DNA from: Bacteroidales bacterium
Lineage (GTDB): Bacteria > Bacteroidota > Bacteroidia > Bacteroidales > PUMT01
DNA: 64,000 nucleotides
Assembly (NCBI GenBank): GCA_007125955.1
Contig: SLCF01000031.1
Coordinates: 31,637 to 95,636, forward strand
Reading direction: 5' to 3'
Shown here: positions 60,657-64,000 of the stretch, piece after piece
How the letters are laid out: every line of letters begins with the position of its first letter
Position numbering within the stretch: the stretch's first letter is position 1
Position numbers and translations under genes: made by a program
The notes under the pieces: model-generated
Seen by the model: the letters and a program-made list of their open reading frames with translations, nothing else
Told to the model about the DNA's origin: nothing
Database searches by the model: none

Positions 60657-60744
60657 TCATAAAATTAACAATAAACAGGAAAGTCGCACCGGTATGGTGC
60701 AAAAAATTTCAAACCCGTTATTTCATATGCCGTATAATTTTACT

Positions 60745-60752
60745 TATCTTTG
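60745..60752 (+). promoter_or_regulatory. -7 element (TATCTTTG) for the riboswitch-btuB leader
   Basis: Exact TAnnTTTG directly upstream of riboswitch P1. Confidence 0.65.
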
Positions 60753-60755
60753 CAA

Positions 60756-60981
60756 TTGATTTGGTTTCCCCCGGCCTAACCTGCCGGAGGGATGAAAAGG
60801 GAATCAGGTGCCCCGGATGTCCGGGAATTCCTGAGCAGTACCCGCTGCTGTAAGCTCTTTTAACTTACTGAACACACCTGCCACTGTTGGGTCCCAAACC
60901 CAAAACGGGAAGGCGTTCAGAAAGGGAGCAAGCCAGAAGACCTGCCAGATCAAAACTTTAGTAATGTTCGGGTTAAACATT
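60756..60981 (+). ncRNA. Cobalamin riboswitch (AdoCbl-type with accessory domain)
   Basis: AAAAGGGAA.CAGGTG, CCCGCTGCTGTAA, GCCACTG, GGGAAGG and AGCCAGAAGACCTGCC. P1 TTGATTTGG/CCAGATCAA; candidate P13 at 60963-60981; upstream of a TonB receptor gene. Confidence 0.95.
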
Positions 60982-60997
60982 TAAAATTTCTACAGTT

Positions 60998-62941
60998 TTG
61001 AAAATACATATTGCTTCACTTGCTCTTGCTTTTTTTGTTTTTCCGGTTATTTCAGCCGGCATGGCCGGCGACACACTGTCACTTTACCATATTGATGAAG
61101 TAACGGTCGTTCAGCCCCGTGTACGCTTCTTTCAGGAAGACAGGAAGGTTACCGAAGCCGATTCGCTGGCTCTCTCACTTTTTTATGATGACGACCTGGG
61201 TAACCTGCTCAGATACATTTCCCCGGCATATATAAATGTTAGGGGAGGAAACGGCTCTGCATCGGGACTGACTCTGAGGGGAACAAATTCTTACCAGACA
61301 ACTGTTAAATGGAACGGCTTCACTTTGAATTCCCTTACACTTGGTTCAGCCGACCTGTCGATTATCCCGGTAGAAAGCATGGAGTCGGTTGCTGTTGTGC
61401 ACGGTTCATCGGGAACAGTTTCAGGGAGCGGATCATTTGGCGGATCTGTGGAGTTAAGGAACAAGCCCGACTGGGACAACAGTCTCAGTATAAATGCAAC
61501 ATCCGGCTACGGGAGTTTCAGCTCCAAAAGGGCATCTGTTTCCGCCAGGGCGGGCAACAAAAAAATACAATACCACCTCAATTTTTTCCGGGTTAACGCT
61601 CTGAACGATTTCAGCTATACTGATGTGATGAAACCGGGAAACCCGGAAGAGACAATTGTCCACAATTCTCTGGAAAACACGGGTATAATACAGAATTTAT
61701 TCGTCCGCCTTTCACACAATCAAAATATTGAAGCCGGCTTATGGTACCAGTCAAAGACAAAAGAGATCCCTGCAATTATGGGGTCATATACAACAGGAAA
61801 TGCTGTGCAGCGCGACAGTGTTATAAGGGGTTATGTGAACTGGTCCTTACTGATGGAAAGATCCAGGCTGACACTCAGCTCTTCTGTAATGGATGAGTAT
61901 ATGTTCTACAGGGTGAAACAGCCGGATGACGAAACGGAATATTCTGTCAATTCATCGATCAGGGGCAGGAAGTTCATGAACGAGTTCGATTACCGGCTTT
62001 ACCTGAGCAACATGATAACGCTGGATGCCGGTGCTTCCTACAACAATATGGAGGCCGATGTGGAAAGCTACAACGGAACCGTTTCGGAATACCAGTCGGC
62101 TCTCTTCTCAGGTTTAAGGCTGAACTATAAGGGAATCGTCTCAAATATAACTTTAAGGAAGGAGTTCCATCCTGAAATATCCATACCTCTCCTTTTTTCT
62201 GCCGGTGTTCGTTACGCTCCGCAGGGAAAGGAATACGTGTTCAGGATGAGCTATTCCGACCAGTTCAGGTTGCCGACATTCAACGACAAGTACTGGCGCC
62301 CCGGCGGTAATCCCTCCCTTCTGCCCGAGTCAGGACAAACAATTGACGGGGGAATGGAATTCTCCCGAACTGTGACGGACGATCTGCATCTTAAAGGCGA
62401 AGCAGGTTTATACCATTCACGAATCAGAAACATGATACAATGGGTTCCGGCAGGAAGCTACTGGGCTCCCCGTAACAGCAAGGAGGTGCATATAAACGGA
62501 GCGGAGCTTTCCCTCTCGTCCACTTACAGTATAAGGGACTACCGGTTGAGGTTTGACGGAAGTTACAGTTACAGCATGCCTTCAATAAGGGATACATATG
62601 AAGAGGAGACCGGGCTGGAAGGGAATATGCCCGAATATGTGCCTGCACACTCTGGCAGCGGACGGCTCTCCCTGCTGAACGATAAGGGACACGCAGCTGT
62701 TTCGTTTAACTACACAGGCAGCCGTTATACCACAAGGGACAACAATCCCTTATACAAGATGCCCCCTTTTGCACTTATTAATCTGCATTTAGGATACAGC
62801 ATCGAACTTCAGCAGGATCTCGAAACCTCTCTTCAGTTCAGAATAATGAACCTTTTTGACCGGAAATACCAGGTTGTGCGAGCATATCCCATGCCGGGAA
62901 GGTCTTTGCAGGCTTCTCTCATTGTCCGGTTTTCCAGATAA
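60998..62941 (+). CDS. btuB: TonB-dependent receptor, vitamin B12 transporter-like
   Basis: Signal peptide, plug domain (LRGT...T.VKWNG..LNS, VVHG..G..SG.G..GG), barrel ending in MPGR...F; riboswitch-led; TTG start. Confidence 0.8.
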   Translation: MKIHIASLALAFFVFPVISAGMAGDTLSLYHIDEVTVVQPRVRFFQEDRKVTEADSLALSLFYDDDLGNLLRYISPAYINVRGGNGSASGLTLRGTNSYQTTVKWNGFTLNSLTLGSADLSIIPVESMESVAVVHGSSGTVSGSGSFGGSVELRNKPDWDNSLSINATSGYGSFSSKRASVSARAGNKKIQYHLNFFRVNALNDFSYTDVMKPGNPEETIVHNSLENTGIIQNLFVRLSHNQNIEAGLWYQSKTKEIPAIMGSYTTGNAVQRDSVIRGYVNWSLLMERSRLTLSSSVMDEYMFYRVKQPDDETEYSVNSSIRGRKFMNEFDYRLYLSNMITLDAGASYNNMEADVESYNGTVSEYQSALFSGLRLNYKGIVSNITLRKEFHPEISIPLLFSAGVRYAPQGKEYVFRMSYSDQFRLPTFNDKYWRPGGNPSLLPESGQTIDGGMEFSRTVTDDLHLKGEAGLYHSRIRNMIQWVPAGSYWAPRNSKEVHINGAELSLSSTYSIRDYRLRFDGSYSYSMPSIRDTYEEETGLEGNMPEYVPAHSGSGRLSLLNDKGHAAVSFNYTGSRYTTRDNNPLYKMPPFALINLHLGYSIELQQDLETSLQFRIMNLFDRKYQVVRAYPMPGRSLQASLIVRFSR

Positions 62942-62976
62942 TCTTTTTATTCATTTATAAAACATTTAAAGAAGTT

Positions 62977-64000
62977 ATGACAAAAAAAACTTACTTATCA
63001 CTTGTATTACTCTCATTTACATTGGTTTTTATCTCATGCGAAAAAGATGATGCCGGCCCTTCCCTGGGCGGTTATGCCGGGGGAATAATTATTACCAACG
63101 AAGGTGCTTTTGGCAACAGCAACTCCTCAATTAGCCATTATTCACCTGACTCAAACAAGGTTACAAACAATCTTTTTGAAATGGTGAACGGCCGGAATCC
63201 CGGTGATGTGTTGCATTCATTCGGTTTTGAAGGAGATATGGGAGTGATTGTGGTTAACAATTCACAGAAAATTGAAGTTGTAGATCCTGAAACATTTGAA
63301 TCAGCCGGTACTATAACCGGATTCAGTTATCCAAGGTATTTTAAGGGACTGGGCAACGGTACCGGTTACGTTTCCAACGGCAGCCTTGCCGGAGAGATTT
63401 ATCTTGTTGACCTGAACATTATGGAAGTTACCGACACAATTGGTGTTGGAATGGGGCCTGAACAGATGGCACGTTCGGGCAATTATGTTTTTGTGGCCAA
63501 CAGCGGCGGCTGGGATTTTGACAACACTGTTTCCGTGATAAATATAAACACCCATGAGGTTGAAAAGAGCATAGAGGTAGGTGACATACCCGTACAGGCG
63601 GTCACTGACGCCAACGGCGACATCTGGGTTCTTTGCCGAGGAAAGGTGGTTTATGATGATACATGGACTACCATAGTTGAGGAAACCGATTCTAGGCTGG
63701 TCAGAATTGACGGCACAACCCATGAAGTTGTAACCGATATTGTAATTGGCGAAACCGGGGATTATTTCAATCCCTCATATCTCTCCGTCTGCCCTGATGG
63801 ACTCGAGCTCTATTTCGGCGAATCGGACGGTCTCTATGTAATGGGGATTGATGAAAATCAGCAACCAGCTTCTCCGCTCATTGAAAAAGATTTTACGGCA
63901 GTGATTACAGATCCCGGCACAGGATATATAATGGGAGTTACACTAACCGATTACAGTTCTGCCGGCAAGCTTCATATTTACTCAGCTAACGGTACAGAGA
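62977..64000 (+). CDS. BtuG-like (YncE/DUF5074) beta-propeller surface lipoprotein, 3'-truncated; absent from the supplied ORF track
   Basis: My translation from ATG 62977 reads MTKKTYLSLVLLSFTLVFISCEKDD...NEGAFG...GDVLHS...VVNNSQKIEV...YPRY...GPEQM...ANSGG and is open to the window end. Lipobox ISC followed by acidic residues. Confidence 0.85.
   Translation, partial: MTKKTYLSLVLLSFTLVFISCEKDDAGPSLGGYAGGIIITNEGAFGNSNSSISHYSPDSNKVTNNLFEMVNGRNPGDVLHSFGFEGDMGVIVVNNSQKIEVVDPETFESAGTITGFSYPRYFKGLGNGTGYVSNGSLAGEIYLVDLNIMEVTDTIGVGMGPEQMARSGNYVFVANSGGWDFDNTVSVININTHEVEKSIEVGDIPVQAVTDANGDIWVLCRGKVVYDDTWTTIVEETDSRLVRIDGTTHEVVTDIVIGETGDYFNPSYLSVCPDGLELYFGESDGLYVMGIDENQQPASPLIEKDFTAVITDPGTGYIMGVTLTDYSSAGKLHIYSANGTE

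Noticed and set aside
60686-60706. GCACC-GGTAT-GGTGC hairpin as a terminator
   Set aside because: It lies between divergent genes and has no U-tract on its 3' side on either strand.

Overview
Chromosomal segment from an anaerobic, probably proteolytic Bacteroidales-type bacterium (inferred from gene content, Bacteroidetes-type SecA/ArgH and recurring TAnnTTTG promoter motifs). It holds about 45 CDS and no tRNA, rRNA, CRISPR or mobile element that I could support. Contents: partial queA, argR-argG-argH, five secreted peptidases, a 1448-aa PlsA/Ger-like ATP-dependent reductase, pta-(HBD-like)-ackA and ptb-buk, nrnA followed by three FKBP lipoprotein genes, dnaX, secA, an SSS-CaiB-OFOR cluster next to a YdiJ-like oxidoreductase, a V/A-type ATPase operon, truA, ligA-dapA, and a cobalamin riboswitch leading btuB-btuG. 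Best leads: (1) the SSS/CoA-transferase/OFOR unit as an uncharacterised catabolic pathway; (2) a candidate ether-lipid or plasmalogen synthase; (3) a catalytically degenerate HBD homolog inside pta-ackA; (4) a dnaX recoding signal (A11, stop, hairpin, second slippery site); (5) a 25-bp tandem repeat that duplicates a start codon; (6) a Thermotoga/eukaryote-like argG in a Bacteroidetes operon. All family assignments come from motif recognition and recall, not database searches.
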